Positions 37,506 to 46,426 of a stretch of 64,000 bases of DNA are shown piece after piece (within the stretch, counting starts at the first letter, position 1; each line of letters opens with the position of its first letter). Source of the DNA: Nannocystis bainbridge. GTDB taxonomy: Bacteria > Myxococcota_A > Polyangia > Nannocystales > Nannocystaceae. The notes beneath the pieces were generated by a model, which did no database searches, was not told the DNA's origin, and was given only the letters and a program-made list of their open reading frames with translations. A program made the position numbers and the translations under genes. The stretch lies in NCBI RefSeq assembly GCF_028368995.1, contig NZ_JAQNDL010000004.1, positions 224,001-288,000 on the forward strand, in the 5' to 3' direction.

Positions 37506-38239
37506 TGCGCTACGGGATCTTCAGTGATGTCCACGCCAACCTGGATGCCCTCGAGGCGGTCCTCCGCTCGTTCGAACGCGAGAAGATCGACGCGCTGGTG
37601 TGCCTCGGCGACACCGTCGGGTACGGCTCGCAGCCGAACGACTGCTGCGACATCGTCAAGCGCGTCACTCGCTACACGATCCTCGGCAACCACGACGCGG
37701 CGGTCGCCGGCCGCATGGACTACAGCTACTACTACGACGCGGCCCGCGAGGCGCTCGACTGGCACTCGCGCCAGCTGACCGCCGAGAACATGGGCTGGCT
37801 GCGCAAGCTCAACTACTTCGAGCGCGACGGGGCGACCCACTTCTGCCACGGCTCGCCGGTCGACCTCGAGGAGTTCGAGTACATCTTCAGCGTCGAGCAG
37901 GCGGCCACGTGCATCCCGATCTGGGACAGCCTCGGCCAGATCACTTTCATCGGCCACTCGCACCTGTGCAAGGCGTTCGCCATCGGCCGCGAGCGCGTGT
38001 ACGAGGTGGTGACCAAGGAATTCGAGATCCACCCCGAGTTCCGCTACATCGTCTCGGTCGGCTCGGTCGGCCAGCCCCGCGACCACGACCCGCGCGCGAG
38101 CTACACGATCTACGACTCGGGCCGCGGCAAGTTCGAGTTCAAGCGCGTCGAGTACGATGTCGGCGCGGCGGCGCGGAAGATCTTCAACGACGCCCGCCTG
38201 TCCGACAGCTTCGGCGCGCGGCTGTTCGCCGGGGTGTGA
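37505..38239 (+). CDS. Calcineurin-like metallophosphoesterase
   Basis: SDVHAN, CLGDTVGYG, ILGNHD, CHGSP, GHSH and GSVGQPRD. Confidence 0.93.
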   Translation: MRYGIFSDVHANLDALEAVLRSFEREKIDALVCLGDTVGYGSQPNDCCDIVKRVTRYTILGNHDAAVAGRMDYSYYYDAAREALDWHSRQLTAENMGWLRKLNYFERDGATHFCHGSPVDLEEFEYIFSVEQAATCIPIWDSLGQITFIGHSHLCKAFAIGRERVYEVVTKEFEIHPEFRYIVSVGSVGQPRDHDPRASYTIYDSGRGKFEFKRVEYDVGAAARKIFNDARLSDSFGARLFAGV

Positions 38240-38305
38240 GGCTGTCCCCGCGGACATGTCCGCGGGGTCATGTGTGAGCGCTCGCGCCGCGCGGGCCGCC
38301 CGCGC

Positions 38306-38728
38306 TCAGTCGTCGTCGTTCGTGCCGCAGGGCTTCAGCGCGGCCTCGACGTCCGCCGGCAGCCTCGGGCACGCGTCGGGCCGGAGGAGCGGCTGGCAGC
38401 CCTCCCACGAGTCGGCTTCGTCGCAGACGAGCATGTCCTCGAGGCAGTCGTTGTACTCGCGGTGCTGGTCGACGAAGCACTCGAGCGACTTCTTGGAGGC
38501 CTTCTTGTCGACGGCGAGGGCGTCCTCGAGGCACTCGCGGTCGAACGGGCTGAGGAAGGAGCCGAACTGCGCCTCGCAGGCGGCGCGGTCGGGGAACACG
38601 TTGGTGCAGTCGCAGATGAGGTCGATCGACTTCTCCGACTCGGCGTCCATCTGGTTCAGCAGGGAGTTGACCGAACAGCCGGGGGCGAGCGCGACGAACA
38701 GGGCGAGCGTGGAGGCGCGGCGCTTCAT
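38306..38728 (-). CDS. Cys-rich lipoprotein
   Basis: Lipobox MKRRASTLALFVALAPGC; about 10 further Cys (ICDC…AC…EC…EC). Confidence 0.8.
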   Translation of the reverse strand: MKRRASTLALFVALAPGCSVNSLLNQMDAESEKSIDLICDCTNVFPDRAACEAQFGSFLSPFDRECLEDALAVDKKASKKSLECFVDQHREYNDCLEDMLVCDEADSWEGCQPLLRPDACPRLPADVEAALKPCGTNDDD

Positions 38729-38814
38729 GCCGGCATGGTAGGCGACGGGACCGGGCGATGGCGCGCCCTCGCGGGCCGACGCGGCGGGCCCGGGCTTGTT
38801 AGGCTGGACGGCGC

Positions 38815-39273
38815 ATGGGCAGCTACCGCCTGACCTGGCGGCCACTCGCGGGCGGCCACCTCGCCATCGGTCACAAGCCAGGACGCGACCTGCGACAGGC
38901 GCTGGCGGAGACCGGCTGCACGCACGTGCTGAGCCTGCTGGCCGACCACGAGGCGGGCGTGCCGGCGAGCGGGGTGCAACTGCGGCTGCCGCTGGCCTCG
39001 GCCGAGCCGCCAGGGCCGGAGCGCAGCGCGGAGGTGCGGGCCTGCTTCGCCGAATTGCAGGGGCTGCTGGCCGGCGGGGCGAAGATCTACGTCCACTGCT
39101 CGGCCGGGCTGCACCGCACGGGCATGGTGGCGCACGGGTTGCTGCGCTACCTGGGCCTGGGGCCCGCGGAGGCGCTGGCGCGCCTGGGGGAGCTGCGCGA
39201 GGCGACGGCGCAGGCGGCCACGGAGCCACGGCTGCGCTGGGGCGAGCAGTTCGCGGCGGACGAGCCGGGCTGA
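38815..39273 (+). CDS. Protein tyrosine / dual-specificity phosphatase
   Basis: CX5R active-site loop VHCSAGLHRTG. Confidence 0.88.
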   Translation: MGSYRLTWRPLAGGHLAIGHKPGRDLRQALAETGCTHVLSLLADHEAGVPASGVQLRLPLASAEPPGPERSAEVRACFAELQGLLAGGAKIYVHCSAGLHRTGMVAHGLLRYLGLGPAEALARLGELREATAQAATEPRLRWGEQFAADEPG

Positions 39274-39442
39274 GGCGGGGTCGAGCGCCTCGCGGACGTG
39301 GGCGCGAGGGCTCGCGGCAGGCTGAGCACGCCGCCATGTCGGCGATGTCGAGGCGCCTGCCAGATAACGGACGCAGGCGAGGCGTGAAGTCCGACCGTCG
39401 GCGGACCGGCGTCGAGCGGCTTCGCGGGCTGCGATATCGTGG

Positions 39443-39526
39443 TGACCGATCGGGCATGTCTTCGGCGACATGCTCGTGAGGACATGCGCATACGGACATG
39501 TCAAAGAGGGCATGTCCCTGCGGACA
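39443..39526. repeat. Six head-to-tail 14-bp palindromic units between convergent genes
   Basis: tgaccgatcgggca | tgtcttcggcgaca | tgctcgtgaggaca | tgcgcatacggaca | tgtcaaagagggca | tgtccctgcggaca. Confidence 0.85.
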
Positions 39527-39535
39527 TGCTCGCGC

Positions 39536-40402
39536 TCACGCGTCGCCGAGGTTGAGCGGAATCTTCAAAAAGCTGCGGCCGCTCGGGCCCGGGCTCGGCA
39601 GGCGGCCGCCGGCGATGTTGACCTGGACGCTGGGGTAGAGCAGCTTGGGGGCGTCGAGGGTGGCGTCGCGGGCGGTGCGGAAGGCGACGAAGTCGTCCTC
39701 CTCGCGGCCGGCGGGCAGCTGGATGTTGTCGGCCTTTTGCTCGCCGACGGTGGTCTGCCAGGCGAGCGGGCGGCCGCCGGGCTGGTAGTCGTGGCACACG
39801 AACATGCGCGTGACGTCGGGGAGGGCGTAGAGGCGGCCGGTGATCGAGCGCCACAGGGCGCGCGCGCTGCCGGCCGGGAAGTCGCAGCGGCCGGCGCCGT
39901 AGTCGGGCATGAACATGGCGTCGCCGACGAACACGGCGTCGCCGATCCGGTAGCTCATGCAGGCGGGGGTGTGGCCGGGCGTGGCGATGGCCTCGACCTG
40001 GAGGGCGCCGACGGCGAAGCGCTCGCCGTCGCCGAGCAGGCGGTCGAACTGGCTGCCGTCGACGGGGAACCCGGGGCCGAGATCGTAGATGTCGCGGAAG
40101 ACGGCCTGGACCTCGGTGATGGCGGCGCCGATCGCCAGCGGGACGCCCGGGAACCGCCGCTTCAGCACCTGCGAGCCCGACAGGTGGTCGGCGTGGGCAT
40201 GCGTCTCGAGCAGCATGCCGAGCCGCAGATCGAGGGCGCGGATCCGGGTGGCGATCGCGGTGACCGACTCCTCCCACACCTTCGAGCCGACCGGCTCGTA
40301 GTCGAGGACGGGATCGATGACGAGGGCGTCGCGCGTGCGCGGGTCGTACACCAGGTACGAGAGGGTGTTGGTGCGAGCGTCGTAGAAGTGCTCGATCTTC
40401 AT
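39536..40402 (-). CDS. Persulfide dioxygenase (ETHE1/Blh/Sdo-type MBL-fold)
   Basis: [37 protein letters not shown] and RTARDATL…PSVQVNI. Confidence 0.9.
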   Translation of the reverse strand: MKIEHFYDARTNTLSYLVYDPRTRDALVIDPVLDYEPVGSKVWEESVTAIATRIRALDLRLGMLLETHAHADHLSGSQVLKRRFPGVPLAIGAAITEVQAVFRDIYDLGPGFPVDGSQFDRLLGDGERFAVGALQVEAIATPGHTPACMSYRIGDAVFVGDAMFMPDYGAGRCDFPAGSARALWRSITGRLYALPDVTRMFVCHDYQPGGRPLAWQTTVGEQKADNIQLPAGREEDDFVAFRTARDATLDAPKLLYPSVQVNIAGGRLPSPGPSGRSFLKIPLNLGDA

Positions 40403-40815
40403 GGCGAGGGCGCCTCCACGCGGGTGAAGAGGAACATGCCGGCGAGCATGGCGGCGACGAACAGGGCGAGGTCGCCGCTGCCGCCGGCGAGGCCGACGAG
40501 GGCCGGGCCGGGGCACAGGCCGACGAGGCCCCAGCCGAGGCCGAACAGGGCGGCGCCGGCGAGCAGCGAGCGGTCGACGCGGCTGCGCTGCGGCAGGTGA
40601 AAGCGCGGGGCCAGGAGCGGTCGCCCGCGGCGGAGCACGAGCGGGGCGGCGAGCATGTAGAGGCCGGCGGCGCCGCCGAGCACGAGCATCAAAGCGGGGT
40701 CCCAGGCGCCGGCGAGGTCGAGGAAGGCGAGCACGTTTTCGGGCCGCGTCATGCCGGCGAGGCCGAGGCCGAGCGCGAACACGAGGCCCGAGAGCAGCGC
40801 GACGAGGACGGTCAT
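40399..40815 (-). CDS. YeeE/YedE-family sulfur transporter subunit (DUF6691-type)
   Basis: [25 protein letters not shown] and [14 protein letters not shown]. Confidence 0.9.
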   Translation of the reverse strand: MTVLVALLSGLVFALGLGLAGMTRPENVLAFLDLAGAWDPALMLVLGGAAGLYMLAAPLVLRRGRPLLAPRFHLPQRSRVDRSLLAGAALFGLGWGLVGLCPGPALVGLAGGSGDLALFVAAMLAGMFLFTRVEAPSP

Positions 40816-40904
40816 GGGATGCCTCCGAGGATCACGGTCGTCCGGAGGATGACGATCGAGCGCGCGGCCTGACCGAAGAGACAGGTGATCGTCCGGGCCG
40901 TCAC
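40812..40904 (-). CDS. Putative 30-aa mini-ORF, translationally coupled at both ends
   Basis: Its GTG overlaps the upstream TGA (GTGA) and its TGA overlaps the yeeE ATG (ATGA); preceded by GGAGG. Confidence 0.4.
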   Translation of the reverse strand: MTARTITCLFGQAARSIVILRTTVILGGIP

Positions 40905-41038
40905 CGGATGCCTCCGAAGCCGAACAGGTAGAAGCACAGGGGGCCCGCGAACACGGCGAGCAGGGTGAGGCTCGGGCCCGCGGCGAGAGCGACGGGGACC
41001 ATCAGCAGGCCCGGGAGCAGGAGGACGAGCATCATCAC
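40901..41038 (-). CDS. Putative 45-aa hydrophobic mini-protein
   Basis: GTGA overlap with the yeeE stop, GGAGG RBS; [44 protein letters not shown]. Confidence 0.5.
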   Translation of the reverse strand: MMMLVLLLPGLLMVPVALAAGPSLTLLAVFAGPLCFYLFGFGGIR

Positions 41039-41466
41039 GAGGCACCTCCGAGGACGTGGCGGGTCAGAAAGACGGTGACGAAGGCGACCGTCATGAAGGT
41101 GAGGACGGCGGCGAGCGAGCGCGGCGAGCGGCGGCCGAGGCCGCACACGCCGTGGCCGGAGGTGCAGCCGCCGCCGAGGCGGGCGCCGAAGCCGACCAGC
41201 AGGCCGGCGAGGGCGATGGTGAGGCCGGAGCCGGGCAGGTCTTTGGGCAATGTCTCGGAGGACAGGACCCGAAGGACAGCTCCGCCGGCGAGCAGGCCGA
41301 GCACGAAGGCGAGGCGCCAGGCGAGATCGCCCGCGCGAGGGCGGAGCGCGCCGCCGACGATGCCGCTGACGCCGGCGATCCGGCCGGCGCCGGCGAGCAG
41401 GAGGACCGCGGCGGCGCCGATCATGAGGCCGCCGAGGAGGGCGAGGAGCAGGGGAGAGCTGGCCAT
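41035..41466 (-). CDS. YeeE/YedE-family sulfur transporter subunit
   Basis: GRIAGVSGI and GGGCTSGHGVCGLGRRSPRS. Confidence 0.92.
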   Translation of the reverse strand: MASSPLLLALLGGLMIGAAAVLLLAGAGRIAGVSGIVGGALRPRAGDLAWRLAFVLGLLAGGAVLRVLSSETLPKDLPGSGLTIALAGLLVGFGARLGGGCTSGHGVCGLGRRSPRSLAAVLTFMTVAFVTVFLTRHVLGGAS

Positions 41467-41606
41467 GCGTCACGTCGGCGCCGCGGCGCCCGGGCCGACG
41501 TGGGCCCGCCTCCGAGCCTACGCGATGGGGACGCGCGGCCGTGCGTGTCGCACCCGCGACCGGCGTGCGCCGACGCGCGTCGCTCGGCCGGCGAAGATGG
41601 CCTACG

Positions 41607-42683
41607 ATGGCGATCCCCATGAAGCTGCTGCTGCGCCTGCTGTTGTTGCTGGTCCTCGGGCTCGGGCTGTTCGCGGCGTATCTGGCGGTGGCGCCGGCTC
41701 CGATCGATCCGCTGGCGTGGGAGCCGCCGCCGGTGCCGGCGATGTCCGGGCCGCTGGCGCCGAACGAGCGCCTGGCCGGGGCGACGCTGCTGGCCGCGGG
41801 CAAGATCGACGGGCCCGAAGACGTCGAGACCGACGCCGCGGGCCGCGTGTACGGGGGCACCAACGCGGGCGAGGTGCTGCGGCTCGACGGCGACGCGCTC
41901 GAGGTGTTCGCCAACACCGGCGGTCGGCCGCTCGGCCTCGAGTTCGCGCCGTCGGGCGCGCTGATCGTCGCCGACGCGAAGAAGGGCCTGCTGTCGATCG
42001 ACGCCGACGGGCAGGTGTCGACGCTGGTCGACACGGTCGACGGGGTGCGGCTCGGCTTCACCGACGACGTGGCGGTCGCCGCCGACGGGACGATCTTCTT
42101 CACCGACGCGAGCGACAAGTTCGGCTTCGGCGATCACATGCTCGACCTGCTCGAGGCGCGGCCGCACGGGCGCCTCATCAAGTACGACCCGCTGACCAAG
42201 ACCTCGACGGTGCTGGCCAAGGACCTCTACTTCGCCAACGGGGTGGCGCTCAGCGGCGACGAGTCGTTCCTCGCGGTCAACGAGACGTACCGCTACCGGA
42301 TCAGCCGCCACTGGCTCAAGGGCCCCAAGGCCGGCACCACCGACGTGCTGATCGAGGGCCTGCCCGGCTTCCCCGACGGGGTGGCCCAGAGCGGTCGCGG
42401 GACGTTTTGGATCGCGATGTTCACGGTGCGCAACGCGGCCGGCGATTTCCTGGCGCCGCGGCCGTTCCTCAAGCGCATGGTCGCCAACCTGCCGCGCGCG
42501 CTGTGGCCGAAGCCGGAGCCGTACGGGCTGGCGATCGAGATCGACGAGGACGGCAAGGTGCTGCAGAGCCTGCACGACACGGCGGGCGCGTCGGTCTATC
42601 AGGTGACGAGCGTGCACGAGCGCGACGGGGCGCTGTACCTCGGGCACCTGCACCGCGACCGGATCTCGAAGGTCGCGCTGTAG
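41607..42683 (+). CDS. Strictosidine synthase-like / SMP-30 six-bladed propeller protein
   Basis: N-terminal TM; GPEDV, TGGRPLGL, FTDASDKF, LYFANGVALS and LPGFPDG. Confidence 0.92.
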   Translation: MAIPMKLLLRLLLLLVLGLGLFAAYLAVAPAPIDPLAWEPPPVPAMSGPLAPNERLAGATLLAAGKIDGPEDVETDAAGRVYGGTNAGEVLRLDGDALEVFANTGGRPLGLEFAPSGALIVADAKKGLLSIDADGQVSTLVDTVDGVRLGFTDDVAVAADGTIFFTDASDKFGFGDHMLDLLEARPHGRLIKYDPLTKTSTVLAKDLYFANGVALSGDESFLAVNETYRYRISRHWLKGPKAGTTDVLIEGLPGFPDGVAQSGRGTFWIAMFTVRNAAGDFLAPRPFLKRMVANLPRALWPKPEPYGLAIEIDEDGKVLQSLHDTAGASVYQVTSVHERDGALYLGHLHRDRISKVAL

Positions 42684-42719
42684 CTCGCGGGCGGCGACCG
42701 GGCGCCGGCTCACGGCGCA

Positions 42720-42832
42720 GCTCGGTCGCGGCGTCCGCGAGCACGCGAGCGGCGAGCTCGGTCGCGGCGTCCGCGAGCACGCGAGCGGCGAGCTCGGTCG
42801 CGGCGTCCGCGAGCACGCGAGCGGCGAGCTCG
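42720..42832. repeat. Perfect 36-bp tandem repeat, ~3 copies
   Basis: gctcggtcgcggcgtccgcgagcacgcgagcggcga x3 with no spacers. Confidence 0.85.
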
Positions 42833-43098
42833 GCGGTCGGTGCTCGTGGACCGGCGCCCCCGGGCGGCCGCGCCGTCGCAGCGGCCGGACCGATCGGACA
42901 TGCCGGAGAGGACATGTCGCGGAGGACAGGTTGCGGCAGCGGGCTCGGCCATGGCCGGCTGTCCGCTGCAGGCCGTGCGAGCGTGCTATCGGCGCGAGTC
43001 GAGGCGGAGCGGACGAGGGGGCGCGCCGACGCGAGGAAATGCGAGGCATCGCGGCGGCCCGGGCGGCGGGTCGGGCCGACCCGTGCCAGCCTTGGCGC

Positions 43099-43725
43099 GT
43101 GACCCCGAGACGCTGCTCGTCCGTCCTGCTACTTGTTGCCGCCTGGTCCTGTGCGGCGCTGGCGAGCCCGCGGGCGCTCGCCGCCGACGGCCTGTCCGGC
43201 GTGGGGGGGCGCGTCGACACGCTGGTGAACAAGCAGGAGGGCCTGCGCGCGACCGGGGTGTACCTGCACCTGTCGCCGGCGCTCGGCTTCGACGTGCGCG
43301 CGCCGAGCTTTCGCGTGTACGGCTGGGGCGTCGGCGTGGGCCGCTACTGGACCCTGCGCAAGCGGCTGGCGCTGGCCTTCGGCGGCTTCTTCGAGCACTT
43401 GCTGTGGGTCAATACGATGAGCTCCGGGGCCAGCTGGAGCCCGAGCACGCTCAACTTCGTGCGCTTCGGCCCGGAGCTGCGGGTCGGCGCCAGCAACGAG
43501 CGGGTGTTCGCCTACGGGCTGGCCCGCGTGGGCCTCGATCTGTCGATCTCGACGCCGGCGGCTTCGGTGGCGCGCATGTTCCTCGCCGAGGCCGGCGTCG
43601 GCCTGCAGGGCGCGCCGGGCAAGGGGCGGCGGCTGCTGCTCGGGGTCGAGCCGACGTTCGACGTGTCGGTGCCGAACCCGTGGCTGCTGTTTCGCGTGCG
43701 GGCGATCGTCGGCGTGCGCTTCTGA
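43099..43725 (+). CDS. Outer-membrane beta-barrel protein
   Basis: Signal peptide, alternating amphipathic beta-strands and a terminal VGVRF BAM-type motif. Confidence 0.75.
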   Translation: MTPRRCSSVLLLVAAWSCAALASPRALAADGLSGVGGRVDTLVNKQEGLRATGVYLHLSPALGFDVRAPSFRVYGWGVGVGRYWTLRKRLALAFGGFFEHLLWVNTMSSGASWSPSTLNFVRFGPELRVGASNERVFAYGLARVGLDLSISTPAASVARMFLAEAGVGLQGAPGKGRRLLLGVEPTFDVSVPNPWLLFRVRAIVGVRF

Positions 43726-43860
43726 CAGCGAGTGCGTGACGGCTCGATCCGCCGCTCCTGGATCGAGGTCGACCTCCGCCACGCCCCGCCGACGAAGCGG
43801 CCTTTCGACTCGCATCGGCCCACGTGAAATTGCTGCGAGATCGCCGGGCCGCGGGCGCGA

Positions 43861-44394
43861 TCATTCGCCGAACCAAAACTCGCACGCGTGCGATTCGCCG
43901 GCGCGCTCGGGGGTGAAGCCGAGGACCGCGGCGAAGGCTTCGCCGCGCCAGGACGGCCACACGGCGGCGGCCCATCCGTCGTCGACGGCGAACAGCGCGA
44001 GGCCGGCGGAGAAGTCGGAGGACGCGTCGAACTCCTCGTCGAGCTGCTCGTGGGTGAAGCGCAGGTCGGCGACGATCCATTCGGCGCCGCCGAACCAGCG
44101 GCCGCTCGCCCGGGCGTTCCAGGTGCCGAGCAGCGGGGCGAACACCGGCAGGCGCGCGAGCCGGCGCGCATCGGTGAGCACGCCGGGCGGCGGCGCATCG
44201 AGCTCGGCGAGGGCGCAGTGCGGGGGAGGCCGGGGCCAGGTGTCGAGCGGCCCGAGGCCGAAGGCCCGGCGCGCGCCGTCCAGCGGCTGCGCGGGCGGCT
44301 GACGCCCGATCAGGGCCGAGAACGCGGCGAGGCAGGTGGCGAAGGGCCGCACCGCGAAGGTGGCGGCGAGCGGGGCAGGGTCGAGGGTCGTCAT
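43861..44394 (-). CDS. Hypothetical protein
   Basis: ATG at 44394; GC3-rich frame, aromatic-rich, no recognisable motif. Confidence 0.6.
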   Translation of the reverse strand: MTTLDPAPLAATFAVRPFATCLAAFSALIGRQPPAQPLDGARRAFGLGPLDTWPRPPPHCALAELDAPPPGVLTDARRLARLPVFAPLLGTWNARASGRWFGGAEWIVADLRFTHEQLDEEFDASSDFSAGLALFAVDDGWAAAVWPSWRGEAFAAVLGFTPERAGESHACEFWFGE

Positions 44395-44599
44395 GGCGAT
44401 CTTCGCGGGCCGCGGGTCGGCCGCGTCCCCTGCAATGCTCGCAGGCGGGCGGTCGCATCGGTGCGAGCCATGATTGCAGATCTGCGACGGGCCCGTCCTG
44501 CTCGCTGGGCGATCACGGGCGGACGGACCGCCGCGATTGTCGTCTGCCGCTCGCTGGACGGGGTATTGCCTGCGGCCATAGTTGCGGGACGAGGTGACC

Positions 44600-44962
44600 A
44601 TGATGTTGCAGATGTTGCTGAGTGCATTGTTGACAGTGCTGGCGGGGCCCGCCGACGAGGTGGCGGCCGAGCCCGAGGCGGCGGCCGAGCCCGGCGAGGC
44701 GCTCTCGGAGGCGCCGAACGCGACGCGCACGTGGGAGTGCGTGGTCGGGGACGAGGACGGCGCGGTCTCGACGTTCGGCGAGGGCGAGGTCCAGATCTAC
44801 TGTCTGGCCTACTGTGAGGGGTTCGAGGAGTACCGGCGCGCGTGGCGGTACCCGGTCGATCCGGTCGACAAGCCGTCCGGATGGTGCCGCAGCAAGGCGA
44901 ATCGATACTGCCACCGCTACAACCTCGACTACGGCGATTCTTGCTACGGCGAGAATTATTGA
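44600..44962 (+). CDS. Small secreted six-Cys protein with an acidic pro-like segment
   Basis: GAGG RBS, hydrophobic signal, EPEAAAEP linker and a Tyr/Trp-rich region with 6 Cys. Confidence 0.7.
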   Translation: MMLQMLLSALLTVLAGPADEVAAEPEAAAEPGEALSEAPNATRTWECVVGDEDGAVSTFGEGEVQIYCLAYCEGFEEYRRAWRYPVDPVDKPSGWCRSKANRYCHRYNLDYGDSCYGENY

Positions 44963-45020
44963 CGGGAGTCGCCCGGGCGGCCGTCAGGGCGTGCCGCCCT
45001 GGCGGGCGACTGTCATGATA

Positions 45021-45245
45021 TGTCCTCGAGGACATGCAGCCGGGGTCGGTGCGCGCCCGGGTGAGGATGTCCTTCGGGACATCTTTTTTTCATCGGGGCG
45101 CTGCGACGGCGCCGGGTTGAGATGTCCTTCGGGACATTTTTTTGCGAGCGGGGCGCTGCGACGGCGCGGGCTGGATGTCCTTCGGGATGTCTTTTGCGAT
45201 CGGACGCTGCGACGGCGCAGGCTGGATGACCCGGAGGACATGTCT
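45021..45245. repeat. Tandem ~51-55-bp units, each with the palindrome as a GATGTCC-TTCG-GGACAT hairpin followed by a T-run (terminator-like)
   Basis: Palindromes at 45021, 45068, 45123, 45176 and 45227; shared cgctgcgacggcgc linker; located between convergent genes. Confidence 0.8.
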
Positions 45246-45263
45246 TGACGCACCCGGGCGGCG

Positions 45264-46421
45264 TCAGGGCGAGGACGGCGTCGCGCTCACGACGAGGCGG
45301 CGCATGTCGTCGCCGAAGGCGGCGTGGAGGCGGGCCTCGAGGGTCGGGCCGGGCGGCAGGGCGATCTCGAGGGTCTCGTCGAGGCCGGCGAAGCCGCACG
45401 CTTCGCCCCTGCCCGAGTGGTAGCGGAGGTTGACGGCGAGGGCGAGCTCGGCGGACGCGTCGGACGGGCGCGGGGCGAGCACGAGGGTGTGGCAGCGCGC
45501 ACCGGGCCGGACCGGGCAGCTCGCTTGCAGGTGGCTGACGGCGTCGAAGAGCCGGGCCGCGCGCGGGGCGGCGCGCCGCAGCTCGGCGTCGGTCGGGTAC
45601 TCGGTGTGCGCGCGCGGGCCGGGGCGGTTGCGCAGCGAGCGGCCGAGGAGCCCGAGCGAGGCGATGCCGACGACGACGCCGCTGACGACGCCGACGACGT
45701 GAAGCGCCGACTCGACGGCGCCCGGCCCGACGGTGCGAGAGCCTGGCAGCCGCTCGCCGAACACCGCGGCGAGCTGCGGCAGGTCGGCCGGCTGCAGCGC
45801 GACGCGCTTTTGGGCCTGGGCGGCGAGCAGCGGCGAAGCGCCCGATGGGTCGGCGGTGGTCGGGCCCGTGGACGTGTCGCGCATCGCGTCGGTGGTCGGG
45901 CCGATGGACGGGTCGCCCTTCGGTTCGGTGGTCGGGCCGCCCTTCGCATCGGCGGGGGTCGAGCCTGGCGGTGCGTGATTCGTGGTAGCGACGGCGGCCG
46001 ACGAATCACTGGTCGCGTCGGCGGGGGTCGGGCCCGGGGGGGTCGCGTTCGTCGGCGTGGGTTCGCCGGCAGCGTTCGGCGTGGCGCCGAACGGGCGATC
46101 GCTGCGCAGGGTGAAGCTCGCGGTGAAGTAGTCGAGCGGGATGGTGTTCGAGTCGTGGGTGATCCGCAGCAAGACGAACCGCTGCAGCTCGGGGGCGTCG
46201 TCGCCGAGGGCGGCGACGAGCTGCGCGTGCGGGACGGCGGCGACGTGGACGGCGGGGTCGAGCGCTTCGCGGATGACCTTTGCGACCTGTCCTTCGGGGA
46301 AGGCGCCCTCGCGCGCGCCGCAGATCGCCTCGCCGTAGTGGTGCCCGCGTTCGAGCTGCGCGAGCGAGGGGCCGCAGGCGAGCGCGGGGACGAGGGCGAG
46401 CGAGGTGGCGCGGCGCAGCAT
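45264..46421 (-). CDS. Hypothetical lipoprotein with a Pro/Thr-rich repetitive insert
   Basis: Lipobox MLRRATSLALVPALAC; internal GPTT/TPADA repeats. Confidence 0.7.
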   Translation of the reverse strand: MLRRATSLALVPALACGPSLAQLERGHHYGEAICGAREGAFPEGQVAKVIREALDPAVHVAAVPHAQLVAALGDDAPELQRFVLLRITHDSNTIPLDYFTASFTLRSDRPFGATPNAAGEPTPTNATPPGPTPADATSDSSAAVATTNHAPPGSTPADAKGGPTTEPKGDPSIGPTTDAMRDTSTGPTTADPSGASPLLAAQAQKRVALQPADLPQLAAVFGERLPGSRTVGPGAVESALHVVGVVSGVVVGIASLGLLGRSLRNRPGPRAHTEYPTDAELRRAAPRAARLFDAVSHLQASCPVRPGARCHTLVLAPRPSDASAELALAVNLRYHSGRGEACGFAGLDETLEIALPPGPTLEARLHAAFGDDMRRLVVSATPSSP

Positions 46422-46426
46422 GGCGA

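Noticed and set aside
42720-42832. 36-bp repeats of CRISPR-like length
   Set aside because: The units abut with no spacers.
45060-45245. Palindromic repeat with spacers resembling a CRISPR array
   Set aside because: The intervening sequences are homologous to one another rather than unique; no leader or cas genes.
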